This document shows positions 48,011-58,267 of a stretch of 64,000 nucleotides of DNA, piece after piece. Source of the stretch: Gemmatimonadota bacterium (GTDB lineage: Bacteria > Gemmatimonadota > Gemmatimonadetes > Palauibacterales > Palauibacteraceae); NCBI GenBank assembly GCA_046758745.1, contig JBHIAV010000001.1, positions 32,001 through 96,000 on the forward strand. The letters run 5' to 3'. Under the pieces are notes generated by a model. The model was not told the origin of the DNA, did not search any database, and saw only the letters and a list, made by a program, of their open reading frames with translations. Positions within the stretch are counted from its first letter, which is position 1. Each line of letters begins with the position of its first letter. The position numbers and the translations under genes are program-made.

Positions 48011-49645
48011 CTACTCGCGGTGCATGGGGATCCACCGCGGCTCGACCGGCGCCCGCACCGGCTGCGGGAGGTCGGCAAGGTATTCTATGAGCGCCTCGAG
48101 GTCCACGATCCCCGTGTTCTCGCTCGCTTCCGCCTCGGCGAGCATGACGAATCCGCTGCCGCCCGTGGCCATGAAGTCGTTGGCCACCACGAGGTACAGG
48201 GAGTCCGCGTGAACCCGCCGGCCATCGTCCAACGTCGCGTCGCGAATGCGCCCGCCGTGGGGTCCGCCGGGATCGTACCGCACCCGGAGGCCGCTCACGT
48301 TCGCGTCCGGACCGTCGTCCTCGAGCGCGTGCTCGAGCGCGGCCAGGAGATGGCGCCCGCGCAGCCGCAGCCGGACGAGGGTGTTCTGGAACGGCTGCAC
48401 CCGAAAGAGGTCGCCGTACGTCACCGGGCCCGCCGCGAGGCCGGTGCGGATGCCGCCGTTGTTCATGATCGCCACCTCGGCCCCCGTGGCGGCGCGCTGG
48501 GCGTCGGCGATCAGGCGGCCGAGCGCGAAGTCCCCTCGCGGTCCCCTCTCTGAGGGGAGGGCCTCGGCGAGATGCATGACGGGCCGGTCGGCGATCTCCG
48601 CCACCCGGGCCCGGTAGCCCTCCACCAGGGCCTGGACCGCCGTGTCGGGTGCCACCGAGTCGGCGAAGGGCGTCACGATGTCGAGGAGCGTCCGCTCCAC
48701 GCTGCCGTCCGCCCGGCGCTCCAGCCTCCCGATGCCGAACGACGCCGTGCTGTAGCGGGACTGCACGACCGGGGCGCCACCGATCTCGGTGCGGATCCGG
48801 CTGTGCGTGTGTCCGGTGACCGCGTAGTCGAAGGGGGCGGTCGTCCGGGAGAGCTCGCGGATGGCCTCGCCGCTGCACCCCGCGTCTCGCTTGCAGAAAC
48901 CGCCGGCGTGCATGATCACGACGATGAAGTCGACGCCCCGGGAGCGCACCTCCGGGATATAGCGGTCCAGCGTCTCTCCGATGGGTTGGAAGTGGAGCGC
49001 CTCGACGTTGCGCGGCCGGGTGGTCGTCGGAGTCTCCACCGTGGCCAGCCCGATCACTCCGAGGCGCACGCCGTCGCGCTCGAGGATGACGTACGGCTGC
49101 AGCCACTCGGGGTGCCGGTCCGTTCCCTTCCAGTACACGTTCGCTCCGAGAAAGGGGAAACGGGCCTGCTCGATGCGGCTGCGGAAGGTGTGGACCCCCC
49201 AGTCGAACTCGTGGTTGCCGGTGGCGGCCGCGTCGTACCCGAGGGCGTTGAAGGCCGCGATGGTGGACTCCCCGTCCACCAGGTTCGAGATCGGGGTCCC
49301 CTGCATCACGTCGCCGCCGCTCAGCAGGAAGACCGGGCACCCCGCCGATGCCTCCCGAATGTCGCGGAAGTACCCTCCAAGCGCGGCGGCCCCGCCGACC
49401 GGAGCTCCCCGCGTCCACCGGAAGGTGCGGGGGAGGAGCTGGCCGTGCGTGTCGTTCGTCGAGAGGATCGTCGCGCAGGCCGGCCGCGCGCCGGGAACAC
49501 CGGAGGCGGGGGCGATCGAGCGCTCGGCCTCGCTCTGCGCCTGTGAGGATCGGCCGGCCGGTGGGCTCGCGTCCGGGCTCCCGCCGGCGGAGGCGCACCC
49601 CGCGGCCAGCCCGAGGACGAGGAGAAACGCGGCCCTCCGGATCAA
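48011..49645 (-). CDS. 5'-nucleotidase / metallophosphoesterase lipoprotein (UshA/CpdB family)
   Basis: Lipobox AAG|C; TNDTHG, GGDVMQG, GNHEFD, TGHTH and C-terminal domain NNGGIR, QPFQN. Confidence 0.92.
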   Translation of the reverse strand: MIRRAAFLLVLGLAAGCASAGGSPDASPPAGRSSQAQSEAERSIAPASGVPGARPACATILSTNDTHGQLLPRTFRWTRGAPVGGAAALGGYFRDIREASAGCPVFLLSGGDVMQGTPISNLVDGESTIAAFNALGYDAAATGNHEFDWGVHTFRSRIEQARFPFLGANVYWKGTDRHPEWLQPYVILERDGVRLGVIGLATVETPTTTRPRNVEALHFQPIGETLDRYIPEVRSRGVDFIVVIMHAGGFCKRDAGCSGEAIRELSRTTAPFDYAVTGHTHSRIRTEIGGAPVVQSRYSTASFGIGRLERRADGSVERTLLDIVTPFADSVAPDTAVQALVEGYRARVAEIADRPVMHLAEALPSERGPRGDFALGRLIADAQRAATGAEVAIMNNGGIRTGLAAGPVTYGDLFRVQPFQNTLVRLRLRGRHLLAALEHALEDDGPDANVSGLRVRYDPGGPHGGRIRDATLDDGRRVHADSLYLVVANDFMATGGSGFVMLAEAEASENTGIVDLEALIEYLADLPQPVRAPVEPRWIPMHRE

Positions 49646-52317
49646 CCCGCGGCCGCTCCTGATTTCGCGCTACGCTCGGGCAGGGCGGCGTGGGTTCCGG
49701 TCCGCTCGCGCAGGGCGGCGTGCGCGGCGGACAGCCGCGCCACCGGAATCCGGAAGGGAGAGCAGGAGACGTAGTCCAACCCCAGCTCGTGGCAGAACCG
49801 CACCGAGGCGGGCTCTCCGCCGTGCTCGCCGCAGATCCCGACCTTGAGGGCGTGCCGTGACCTCCGACCCTCCGCGACGGCGAGCTCCATGAGGCGGCCT
49901 ACTCCCGGCCGGTCGATGGACTGGAAGGGATCGCGCGGATACACACCGGCCTCCACATAGGAAGGGAGGAAGATGCCGGAATCGTCGCGAGACACGCCGA
50001 GAGTGGTCTGGGTCAGGTCGTTGGTGCCGAAGGAGAAGAACTCGGCCTCCTGCGCGATCTCGGCCGCCGTGAGGCAGGCGCGGGGCAGCTCGATCATCGT
50101 GCCCACCAGGTAGGAGACGCTCTCTTCCACTGCGGCGAACAGCTCCCCGGCCACCCGGTCCACGATCGCCTTCTGATGTTCGAGCTCGCCGCGGTGGCCG
50201 ACGAGGGGGACCATGATCTCCGGCCTGACGTCCACCCCGTCGCGCTTCACCGCCAGCGCCGCCTCGAAGATCGCCCGGGCCTGCATCTCGGTGATCTCCG
50301 GGTGGGAGTAGCCGAGCCGGCACCCGCGGTGTCCGAGCATCGGGTTCGCCTCGGTGAGCCGTTCCACGGCCGAGCGAACCGCGGCCACCGTCATCCCGAG
50401 CCTTCCCGCCAGCCGCTCGATCTCCTCTTCATCATGGGGAAGGAACTCGTGCAGGGGAGGATCGAGCAGCCGGATGGTGACCGGGAGCCCGTCCATCGCT
50501 CGGAAGATTCCCTCGAAGTCCTCCCGCTGCATGGGGAGCAGTCTGGCCAGCGCCCGCCGCCGCCCGCCCGCGTCGCCGGCCAGGATCATCTCCCGCATGG
50601 CGTCGATTCGTGCCTCGCCGAAGAACATGTGCTCGGTACGGCAGAGACCGATCCCCTCCGCCCCGAACTCGCGAGCCGTCGCCGCGTCGGCCGGCGTGTC
50701 GGCGTTCGTCCGCACCTGCAGCCTGCGGAAATCGTCCGCCCACCTCATCAGGGTGCGGTAGTCCTCCCCGAGCTCCGGCTCGACAGTGGGAACGCGACCC
50801 TCGATCACCTGGCCGGTGGATCCGTCCACCGTGATCCATTCGCCCCGTCGCACGACGCGTCCGTTCGCGCGGATCTCGCCGGCCGGCTCGTCCACCTCGA
50901 GCCCCTGGGCGCCCGCCACGCAGCACTTCCCCATCCCTCGGGCCACCACGGCGGCGTGGCTCGTCATCCCGCCGCGCGCGGTCAGGATGGCGCGCGCCGC
51001 CACCATCCCCTCGAAGTCGTCGGGCGAGGTCTCCCGGCGCACCAGGATCACCGAGGCGCCGTCTGCTGCCCGGGCTACCGCCTCCTCCGCCGTCAACACC
51101 ACCTCACCCGAGGCGGCGCCGGGCGAGGCGGGGAGCCCCACGGCGAGCGCCGTGAACTGGGCGCGCGGGTCCACGGTGGGGTGAAGGAGCTGCTCGAGGC
51201 GCTCGGCCTCGACGCGGAGGAGCGCCGTCTCCCGGTCGATCAGATCTTCCTTCACCATGTCTACGGCGATCCGCACGGCGGCCCGCGCCGTCCGCTTGCC
51301 CGCCCGCGTCTGCAGGAGGTAGAGCCTCCCGTCCTCTACCGTGAACTCGAGGTCCTGCATCTCGCGGTAGTGGCGCTCGAGCCGATCGGCCGTCTCAACG
51401 AGCTGTCGGTACGCGTTCGGAAGTCGGCCCTCCATCTGGTCGAGGGAGAGCGGGTCGCGGATGCCCGCCACCACGTCCTCGCCCTGGGCGTTGATGAGGA
51501 ACTCGCCGTACAGCCTCGGTTCCCCGGTGGAGGGGTCGCGGGTGAAGGCGACGCCCGTGCCGCTTCTCGGACCGCGGTTGCCGTACACCATGGCCATCAC
51601 GGTGACCGCCGTCCCCAGGTCGTGCGGAATCCCGTTCGCCTTCCGGTAAGCCTGCGCTCGCGGGTTGCTCCAGCTGCGGAATACCGCCTCGATCGCTCCC
51701 CACAGCTGCGCCTGGGGGTCGTCGGGAAAGGCGGTGCCCGTCTCCCGGCTGACGAGCTCTTTGTAGGAGCCGACGAGCGCGCGCAGCCGCTCGCCGTTCA
51801 GCTCGCTGTCCTGCGAGGCCCCGGCGTCGCGCTTCGCCGCATCGAGGATCTCCTCAAAGGAGCCGGGCTCCACGCCGAGGACGACGTGCCCGTACATCTG
51901 CACGAAGCGTCGGTAGGAGTCGTATGCGAAGCGCTCGTCGCCCGACCGCCGCTCGAGCGCCCGCGCCGCCCCATCGTGCATCCCGAGGTTGAGGATCGTG
52001 TCCATCATCCCCGGCATCGAGATCGAGGCCCCCGAGCGCACGGAGACGAGCAGAGGGTCTTCCGCATCGCCGAAGCGACGGCCGGCCACCTCCTCCAGGC
52101 GACCGAGGGCCTCCGCCACCTCCCGGTGCAGCCCCTCCGGCAGCCTCCCCGCGGCGAGATACCGCCGGCACACCTCCGTGGTGATCGTGAAGCCGGGAGG
52201 CACCGGGATCCCGAGGCGCGTCATCTCGGCGAGGTTCGCCCCTTTGCTCCCGAGGAGCGCCTTCTTTCCCCGGTCCCCATCCGCCTCGCCGGCGCCGAAG
52301 GAGTAGACCCGTTTCAC
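49642..52317 (-). CDS. ppdK: Pyruvate, phosphate dikinase
   Basis: KGANLAEM, SVRSGA, GGMTSHAAVVARG (phospho-His), GLCRTEHMF, ICGEHGG; GTG at 52317 chosen. Confidence 0.97.
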   Translation of the reverse strand: MKRVYSFGAGEADGDRGKKALLGSKGANLAEMTRLGIPVPPGFTITTEVCRRYLAAGRLPEGLHREVAEALGRLEEVAGRRFGDAEDPLLVSVRSGASISMPGMMDTILNLGMHDGAARALERRSGDERFAYDSYRRFVQMYGHVVLGVEPGSFEEILDAAKRDAGASQDSELNGERLRALVGSYKELVSRETGTAFPDDPQAQLWGAIEAVFRSWSNPRAQAYRKANGIPHDLGTAVTVMAMVYGNRGPRSGTGVAFTRDPSTGEPRLYGEFLINAQGEDVVAGIRDPLSLDQMEGRLPNAYRQLVETADRLERHYREMQDLEFTVEDGRLYLLQTRAGKRTARAAVRIAVDMVKEDLIDRETALLRVEAERLEQLLHPTVDPRAQFTALAVGLPASPGAASGEVVLTAEEAVARAADGASVILVRRETSPDDFEGMVAARAILTARGGMTSHAAVVARGMGKCCVAGAQGLEVDEPAGEIRANGRVVRRGEWITVDGSTGQVIEGRVPTVEPELGEDYRTLMRWADDFRRLQVRTNADTPADAATAREFGAEGIGLCRTEHMFFGEARIDAMREMILAGDAGGRRRALARLLPMQREDFEGIFRAMDGLPVTIRLLDPPLHEFLPHDEEEIERLAGRLGMTVAAVRSAVERLTEANPMLGHRGCRLGYSHPEITEMQARAIFEAALAVKRDGVDVRPEIMVPLVGHRGELEHQKAIVDRVAGELFAAVEESVSYLVGTMIELPRACLTAAEIAQEAEFFSFGTNDLTQTTLGVSRDDSGIFLPSYVEAGVYPRDPFQSIDRPGVGRLMELAVAEGRRSRHALKVGICGEHGGEPASVRFCHELGLDYVSCSPFRIPVARLSAAHAALRERTGTHAALPERSAKSGAAAG

Positions 52318-52402
52318 GGCCCCTGTGGCCCGCACCCCCGGCACGTCGTGCCCGACGCCACGTGCCTCCGCGCCGCCGCCCGCCGCCGTGCCCGGGGGGC
52401 GG

Positions 52403-53941
52403 TCAACGCGGGCTCTCCACCGGGAATTCTTGCTCGAGGTCCACGAGTGGCGCCTGGTAGTCACCCGTCCAGCAGGCGTCGCAGAACGGCCCGTGGCCGG
52501 CCACCTCCTCGAGCATGCCCTGCATGGAGAGGTAGCCCAGGGAGTCGACGCCGAGATGGTCGCGGATCTGCCGTACCGTGTGGGTCGATCCGATCAGCTC
52601 CTCCTTCGTCGGCATGTCGATCCCGTAGTAACACGGGTGCCGGATCGGGGGGGAAGCCACGCGGAAGTGGATCTCCCGTGCCCCGGCTTCCCTGAGCAGG
52701 GTGACGAGACCGCGGCTCGTCGTCCCGCGCACCAGCGAGTCGTCCACCACCACCACGCGCCGACCGGAGATGACGCCCGACACCGGGTTGTACTTGACGC
52801 GCACCTTGAAGTCGCGCGCCGCCTGCGTCGGCTGGATGAACGTGCGCCCGACGTAATGGTTCCGGATGAGCCCGAGCTCGAACGGGAGGCCCGACTCCTC
52901 GCTGAAACCGAGGGCGGCCGAGTTGGAGGAGTCGGGCACGGATATCACGCAGTCGGCCTCCGCCGGGTGCTCGCGCGCGAGCCGGCGACCGAATGCCCGG
53001 CGGGCCCGGTCCACCGAGCAGCCCCACATGCGTGAGTCCGGTCTCGCGAAGTACACCAGCTCGAAGAGACAGGCCGCGTGCGCGGCCGGCTCGAGGGGAC
53101 GCAGCGACTCCACACACCCGTTCTCGATTCGCAGAACCTCGCCCGGCTCTACGTCCCGCTCGTGCAGGGCGCCGATGATGTCGAGGGCGCACGTCTCGGA
53201 GGCCACGATTGCCGCCTCCCCGAGTCGGCCCAGCACGAGCGGGCGGAAGCCGCGCGGATCCCGCGCCACATACACCACCGGCCCAATGTTCAGGACGAGT
53301 GAGAAGGCGCCGACGAGCTGGGAGAGGGCGTCGTCCACCTGCTGGCTCTCGCTCTCGCGCCGCGAGCGGGCGATGAGGTGGATAACGACCTCCGAGTCGC
53401 TATCGGTCTGGAAGATCGCACCCTCGCGCGTGAGTCGGTCCCGCAGCTCCTCCGCGTTCGTCAGGTTGCCGTTGTGGGCGAGCGCGAGGGGGCCGTGCCG
53501 GTAGTCCACCAGCACCGGCTGGGCGTTCCGCAGCTCCGAGCCGCCGGCCGTCGAGTAGCGGACATGGCCGAGCGCGGTGGAGCCCGGCAACCGGCCGAGA
53601 GCCACATCATCGAACACCTCGCTGACCAGACCCATTCCGCGGTACGCGCGGGCCCGGCCCGTCTCATCGATGGTGACGATGCCGGCCGACTCCTGGCCGC
53701 GATGCTGCAGCGCGTACAGGCCGAGGAAGGTGAGCTCCGCGGCCGCCGGGCTGCCGCTCACCGCGAAGATCCCGCACTCCTCGTGTGGCCGGTCGTCTTC
53801 GAGCCACGCGGGAAGCCTTCGGGTCCGAGCATCCGCACGGCCGCTTCCGCGGTTCGGGGAGAGCTGACCGCTCGCCGCCATCGCGTCGACGGGTGCCACG
53901 CCTTGGCGGCATCCGCGCACACCGGAACGCATCCCGTTCAT
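52403..53941 (-). CDS. purF: Amidophosphoribosyltransferase (Fe-S, propeptide type)
   Basis: [27 protein letters not shown] and Fe-S cysteines (CLFE, CYYG, CDAC); ATG overlaps the purL stop. Confidence 0.96.
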   Translation of the reverse strand: MNGMRSGVRGCRQGVAPVDAMAASGQLSPNRGSGRADARTRRLPAWLEDDRPHEECGIFAVSGSPAAAELTFLGLYALQHRGQESAGIVTIDETGRARAYRGMGLVSEVFDDVALGRLPGSTALGHVRYSTAGGSELRNAQPVLVDYRHGPLALAHNGNLTNAEELRDRLTREGAIFQTDSDSEVVIHLIARSRRESESQQVDDALSQLVGAFSLVLNIGPVVYVARDPRGFRPLVLGRLGEAAIVASETCALDIIGALHERDVEPGEVLRIENGCVESLRPLEPAAHAACLFELVYFARPDSRMWGCSVDRARRAFGRRLAREHPAEADCVISVPDSSNSAALGFSEESGLPFELGLIRNHYVGRTFIQPTQAARDFKVRVKYNPVSGVISGRRVVVVDDSLVRGTTSRGLVTLLREAGAREIHFRVASPPIRHPCYYGIDMPTKEELIGSTHTVRQIRDHLGVDSLGYLSMQGMLEEVAGHGPFCDACWTGDYQAPLVDLEQEFPVESPR

Positions 53942-56331
53942 GCCGTGAGCCCCGCTTCTCGTTCCATGCGCCGCGGGAGGGCCGACTCGTAGATCTCCCG
54001 CAGGCGCTCGGCCTCGACCTCCACTCGGAGCGGATCGGCCCGGAGACGGAACACGCCGCCGGCCTCTCCGACCGTGCCGAGGCGGGAGAGGGGCAGGTCG
54101 TGCTCCGCCGCCAGCGCCCGGAGGGAGGCGACTCGAGACGCGTGGCACGAGAGGACCACCCGCGACTGGGATTCTCCATACAGCGCCGCGACGGGCGACA
54201 CGTCGGCCGGTAGCTCGGCCTCCAGCCCGAGCGGGCCAGCCGGCGAGAGGATGGCGCACTCGGCGAGCGCCACGGCGAGGCCTCCCTCCGAGCAGTCGTG
54301 CGCGGACTCGAGAAGCCCCGCGGCGGCGGCCTCGACCAGGAACGCCACCAGCCGCCGCGCCTCTTCGAGGTCGAGCGCGGGGGGTGAGCCGGCCACGACG
54401 CCGTGGCAGGCCGCCAGGTACTCGGAGCCGCCCAGCTCCTCGCGGGTGGTTCCCACGAGGAGGACCTCACTCCCGGTCCGCCGGAAGGTGCCCGGCACCC
54501 GTCGCTCGATCGACTCCAGGAGACCGACCATTCCGATGACCGGGGTCGGGTGGATCGGGCCGGCCGGGGTCTCGTTGTACAGCGAGACGTTCCCCCCCGT
54601 AACCGGCGTACCGAGCGCCCGGCACGCGTCCCCGATGCCGAGGATCGCCTCACGCAGCTGGTGGTACACGGCCGAGCGCAGGGGATTCCCGAAGTTGAGG
54701 CAGTTCGTGATGGCGAGCGGACGGGCCCCGCTGCACGCCACGTTGCGGGCCGCCTCGGCGACGGCGATGCGCGCTCCCACGCGCGGGTCGAGGTAGACGT
54801 ACCGGGCGTTCCCGTCCACGGAGGCGGCGAGCCCCCTCCCCGTATCCGCGAGGCGAAGCACGGCGGCATCCGAGCCCGGCCCCACCGCGGTGTTGGCGCG
54901 AACCGATGTGTCGTATTGCTCGTGAATCCACCGTCGGGAGGCGATCGAGGGGGAATCGAGCAGGCGGAGCAGGACCCCTGCGGCCTCCTCATCCGTTTCG
55001 ACGCGGGCGTACGGGGCCAGATCCATCTCGCGTCGCCGACGGATCTCCGGATCCTCCGCACCCTCCCGCTCGTACGTCGGGCACCCCTTCACCAGCGGCC
55101 CGACCGGGATCTCCGCCACGACGTCGCCGTTCTCGCGTACCCGGAAGATCCCGTCGTCCGTCACCCATCCGATCGTGGCCGCGTGAAGATCCCATCGGTG
55201 GAGCACGGCCCGCACCTCCTCGGTGATCTCCGGGCGCGTGACGAGGAGCATCCGTTCCTGGGACTCGGAGAGGAGGATTTCGTATGGCGTCATCCCCGGC
55301 TCGCGGGTGGGGAGCTTCGCCACGTCGATGTCGATTCCCGAACCGGCCCGGGCGGCCATCTCCGAAGCGCTCGAGGTGAGCCCGGCCGCGCCCATGTCCT
55401 GAATGCCGACCGCCAGACCGCGCTCGATGAGCTCGAGCGTCGCCTCCAGGAGAAGCTTCTCGGTGAACGGGTCGCCGACCTGCACCTGGGGCCGGCTCTC
55501 GTGGGCTTCCTCCCCGAGCTCGGCGGAGGCGAAGGTCGCGCCATGGATGCCGTCCCGTCCAGTTCGTGCACCGACCGCCATCACCGGGTTGCCGGCGCCG
55601 TGGGCGGCGGCACGCATGAGCGAGTCCAGCCTGAGGAGGCCGATGCACATGACGTTGACCAGCGGGTTTCGCTCGTACGTCGGGTCGAACACGGCTTCCC
55701 CCCCCACCGTGGGCACGCCGACACAGTTGCCGTAGTCGCCGACTCCCCTCACCACGCCGTCCAGCAGGTACCGGGAACGGGCCGAGTCGAGGGAGCCGAA
55801 GCGCAGGCTGTCGAAGAGGGCGATCGGTCGTGCTCCCATGGTGAAGATGTCCCGCAGGATTCCTCCGACTCCCGTGGCCGCCCCCTGGTACGGCTCGACG
55901 GCCGACGGATGGTTGTGGGACTCCATCTTGAAGGCGACGCCCCAGCCCTCTCCGACGTCGATCACCCCGGCGTTCTCGCCGGGACCCTGCACGACGCACG
56001 CCCCTTCGGTGGGGAGCGTGGCGAGGAGTGGGCGCGAGTTCTTGTATCCGCAGTGCTCCGACCACATGGCGCTGAACACCCCGAGCTCGGGGAGGGAGGG
56101 GGACCGCCCGAGGATCCCGACGATCGTCTCGTACTCCTGCGGCGAGAGACCGTGGGCTGCGACTGTCTCGGCGGTGATGTGGTCGGAGGCGGAGGGCGAC
56201 GCACCCGGAAAGCCGGCGGACGGTGGGGCAGCGCGGGGGCCAGCCTCGGGCGGGGCGGCGGAATCGCCACCACCCTGGCGCGGCTCCTTCGCCGTCTCGG
56301 CCGCCATCGGCCCCGGAGCGATCGGGCTCAT
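53938..56331 (-). CDS. purL: FGAM synthase subunit PurL (small type)
   Basis: [37 protein letters not shown]. Confidence 0.97.
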   Translation of the reverse strand: MSPIAPGPMAAETAKEPRQGGGDSAAPPEAGPRAAPPSAGFPGASPSASDHITAETVAAHGLSPQEYETIVGILGRSPSLPELGVFSAMWSEHCGYKNSRPLLATLPTEGACVVQGPGENAGVIDVGEGWGVAFKMESHNHPSAVEPYQGAATGVGGILRDIFTMGARPIALFDSLRFGSLDSARSRYLLDGVVRGVGDYGNCVGVPTVGGEAVFDPTYERNPLVNVMCIGLLRLDSLMRAAAHGAGNPVMAVGARTGRDGIHGATFASAELGEEAHESRPQVQVGDPFTEKLLLEATLELIERGLAVGIQDMGAAGLTSSASEMAARAGSGIDIDVAKLPTREPGMTPYEILLSESQERMLLVTRPEITEEVRAVLHRWDLHAATIGWVTDDGIFRVRENGDVVAEIPVGPLVKGCPTYEREGAEDPEIRRRREMDLAPYARVETDEEAAGVLLRLLDSPSIASRRWIHEQYDTSVRANTAVGPGSDAAVLRLADTGRGLAASVDGNARYVYLDPRVGARIAVAEAARNVACSGARPLAITNCLNFGNPLRSAVYHQLREAILGIGDACRALGTPVTGGNVSLYNETPAGPIHPTPVIGMVGLLESIERRVPGTFRRTGSEVLLVGTTREELGGSEYLAACHGVVAGSPPALDLEEARRLVAFLVEAAAAGLLESAHDCSEGGLAVALAECAILSPAGPLGLEAELPADVSPVAALYGESQSRVVLSCHASRVASLRALAAEHDLPLSRLGTVGEAGGVFRLRADPLRVEVEAERLREIYESALPRRMEREAGLTA

Positions 56332-57029
56332 ACGCCGGACCCGGCGCAGACGGCGAGGACCGAGCGGAACACCCCAAGCCCGTCCGTCGAGCCCAGAAGC
56401 GGCGAGACCGCGCGCTCCGGGTGCGGCATGAGGCCGACCACGTTGCGCTCTCGGTTGCAGATCCCTGCGATGTTGCGCGCCGATCCGTTGGGGTTCCCGG
56501 CGTCGGTGACCATGCCGGCCTCATCCACGTACCGGAAGATCACCCGGTCCTCCGACTCGAGGGCGTCGAGGGTCGGTGCGTCGGCCACGAACTGTCCCTC
56601 CCCGTGCGCGATCGGCATGCGAAGAATCGCCCCGCGCTCGTAGTCACACGTGAAGGGGGTATCGGTCGCCTCCACACGCACGCGCACCGGGTGACAGCGG
56701 AAGCGGAGGCCGCGGTTCCGAACGAGGGCGCCGGGGAGAAGGTGAGCCTCACACAGTACCTGGAAGCCGTTGCAGATGCCGAGCACAGGTCCGCCCCCGC
56801 GTGCGAAGGAGAGGACCGCCTTCATGACCGGGCTGAAGCGGGCGATCGCCCCGGCCCGCAGGTAGTCCCCGTAAGAGAACCCACCGGGCAGAACGACGAC
56901 GTCCGCCCCGGAGATCGACTCGTCCTTGTGCCACAGGTAACAGGCACGAGCACCGATCCCCTCCCGCGTGGCCCGCTCGACATCGGTGTCACAGTTCGAG
57001 CCTGGGAAGCGCACGATCCCGACGTTCAT
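56328..57029 (-). CDS. purQ: FGAM synthase glutaminase subunit PurQ
   Basis: FPGSNCD, GGFSYGD, GICNGFQ, MPHPER. Confidence 0.97.
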   Translation of the reverse strand: MNVGIVRFPGSNCDTDVERATREGIGARACYLWHKDESISGADVVVLPGGFSYGDYLRAGAIARFSPVMKAVLSFARGGGPVLGICNGFQVLCEAHLLPGALVRNRGLRFRCHPVRVRVEATDTPFTCDYERGAILRMPIAHGEGQFVADAPTLDALESEDRVIFRYVDEAGMVTDAGNPNGSARNIAGICNRERNVVGLMPHPERAVSPLLGSTDGLGVFRSVLAVCAGSGV

Positions 57030-57301
57030 TCCGCCTCGGCTGGCTCGGCGGCCGGCCTCACCTCGATCTGGTAATCCTCGATGACCGGATTGGCGATCAG
57101 CTCCTCGCACATCGCGGCGACTCGCTCCCGCGCCGCGCTTGCCTCCGGCGCCTCCAGGAGGAAACGGACGAGCCTGCCCGACCGCACTCCGCGCACTCCA
57201 GCGTATCCGAGATCTGCGAGGGCCCTCCCGATCGTCTCCCCTTCCGGGTCGAGGATTCCCGCTCTCGGGGTGATGCAAACCTCTATCTCGAACTCGGGAA
57301 T
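57026..57301 (-). CDS. purS: FGAM synthase subunit PurS (not in the ORF track; apparent ATT start)
   Basis: Hand translation (M)[27 protein letters not shown]...[18 protein letters not shown] with DPxG and ANPVIE motifs; stop overlaps the purQ ATG. Confidence 0.92.
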   Translation of the reverse strand: MPEFEIEVCITPRAGILDPEGETIGRALADLGYAGVRGVRSGRLVRFLLEAPEASAARERVAAMCEELIANPVIEDYQIEVRPAAEPAEAE

Positions 57302-57331
57302 GCCATCCTCCGTGGCTTCGCCACCCGACCC

Positions 57332-58261
57332 TCAGCCGACCGTCAGCTCCTCGCCCGTGATCCGCCGGTAGGCATCACGATATCGCGTCGCCGTCGCTTG
57401 CACGATCTCGGGCGGCAAATCTGGGGCGGGCGGCGAACGGTTCCAAGCCCCCTCCTTCACCAACGATTCCAGATAGTCGCGCACCGGCTGTTTGTCGAGC
57501 GATGGCGGACTGCTTCCCGGCGCGTACTCGCGCGCGAGCCAGAAGCGGGACGAGTCCGGCGTGAGCACCTCGTCGATCAGGATGATCTCTCCGTTTCGCG
57601 TAGTTCCGAACTCGAACTTCGTGTCCGCGATGATGATCCCGCGCTCCCGGGCCACCTCCCGCGCGAAGCAGTAAAGCCGGATGCTGATGCCGCGCAGGAG
57701 CGCGGCGAGCTTGTTCCCGACCAGTCGCGCCATCCTGGCGTAGGTGATGTTCTCGTCGTGACCCTCTTCCGCCTTCGTGGCTGGAGAGAAGAGAGGAGAC
57801 GGAAGCTCGGAGGCCTCCACGAGCCCCTCGGGCAGCTCCTCACCGGCCACCGTCCCGCTCTCCCGGTACTCGTTCCAGGCCGATCCCGCGAGGTAGCCGC
57901 GCACCACACACTCGACCGGGAACGGCTCGGCTCGCCTCACCAGCATGCCGCGGCCCGCCCATGCCTCCCGATGGCCGGCGAGCTCCGGACGCTGCTGGAC
58001 CACCTCCTCGGGGCGGGCCGCCACGCAGTGGTTGTGCACGATCTGTCGCGTATTCTCGAACCAGAAGCGAGACATCTGGGTGAGGACCGCTCCCTTGCCG
58101 GGAATCGGCTGCGGGAGGATGCAGTCGAAGGCGCTGATGCGATCGCTGGCCACGAGCAGGAGCTCGTCGCCGAGGTCGTACATCTCACGCACCTTGCCGC
58201 GCCTGAGAAGGGGGAAGGGTAGGTCGGTTTGGACTACGCCCTGCATTGCCGCGCGCTCCAT
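57332..58261 (-). CDS. purC: SAICAR synthase
   Basis: [40 protein letters not shown]. Confidence 0.97.
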   Translation of the reverse strand: MERAAMQGVVQTDLPFPLLRRGKVREMYDLGDELLLVASDRISAFDCILPQPIPGKGAVLTQMSRFWFENTRQIVHNHCVAARPEEVVQQRPELAGHREAWAGRGMLVRRAEPFPVECVVRGYLAGSAWNEYRESGTVAGEELPEGLVEASELPSPLFSPATKAEEGHDENITYARMARLVGNKLAALLRGISIRLYCFAREVARERGIIIADTKFEFGTTRNGEIILIDEVLTPDSSRFWLAREYAPGSSPPSLDKQPVRDYLESLVKEGAWNRSPPAPDLPPEIVQATATRYRDAYRRITGEELTVG

Positions 58262-58267
58262 GGTCCC

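Noticed and set aside
57312..57334. Selenocysteine recoding (SECIS) at the purC TGA
   Set aside because: PurC is complete at this stop, the position is not a catalytic Cys site, and the 5-bp hairpin is too small for a bacterial SECIS
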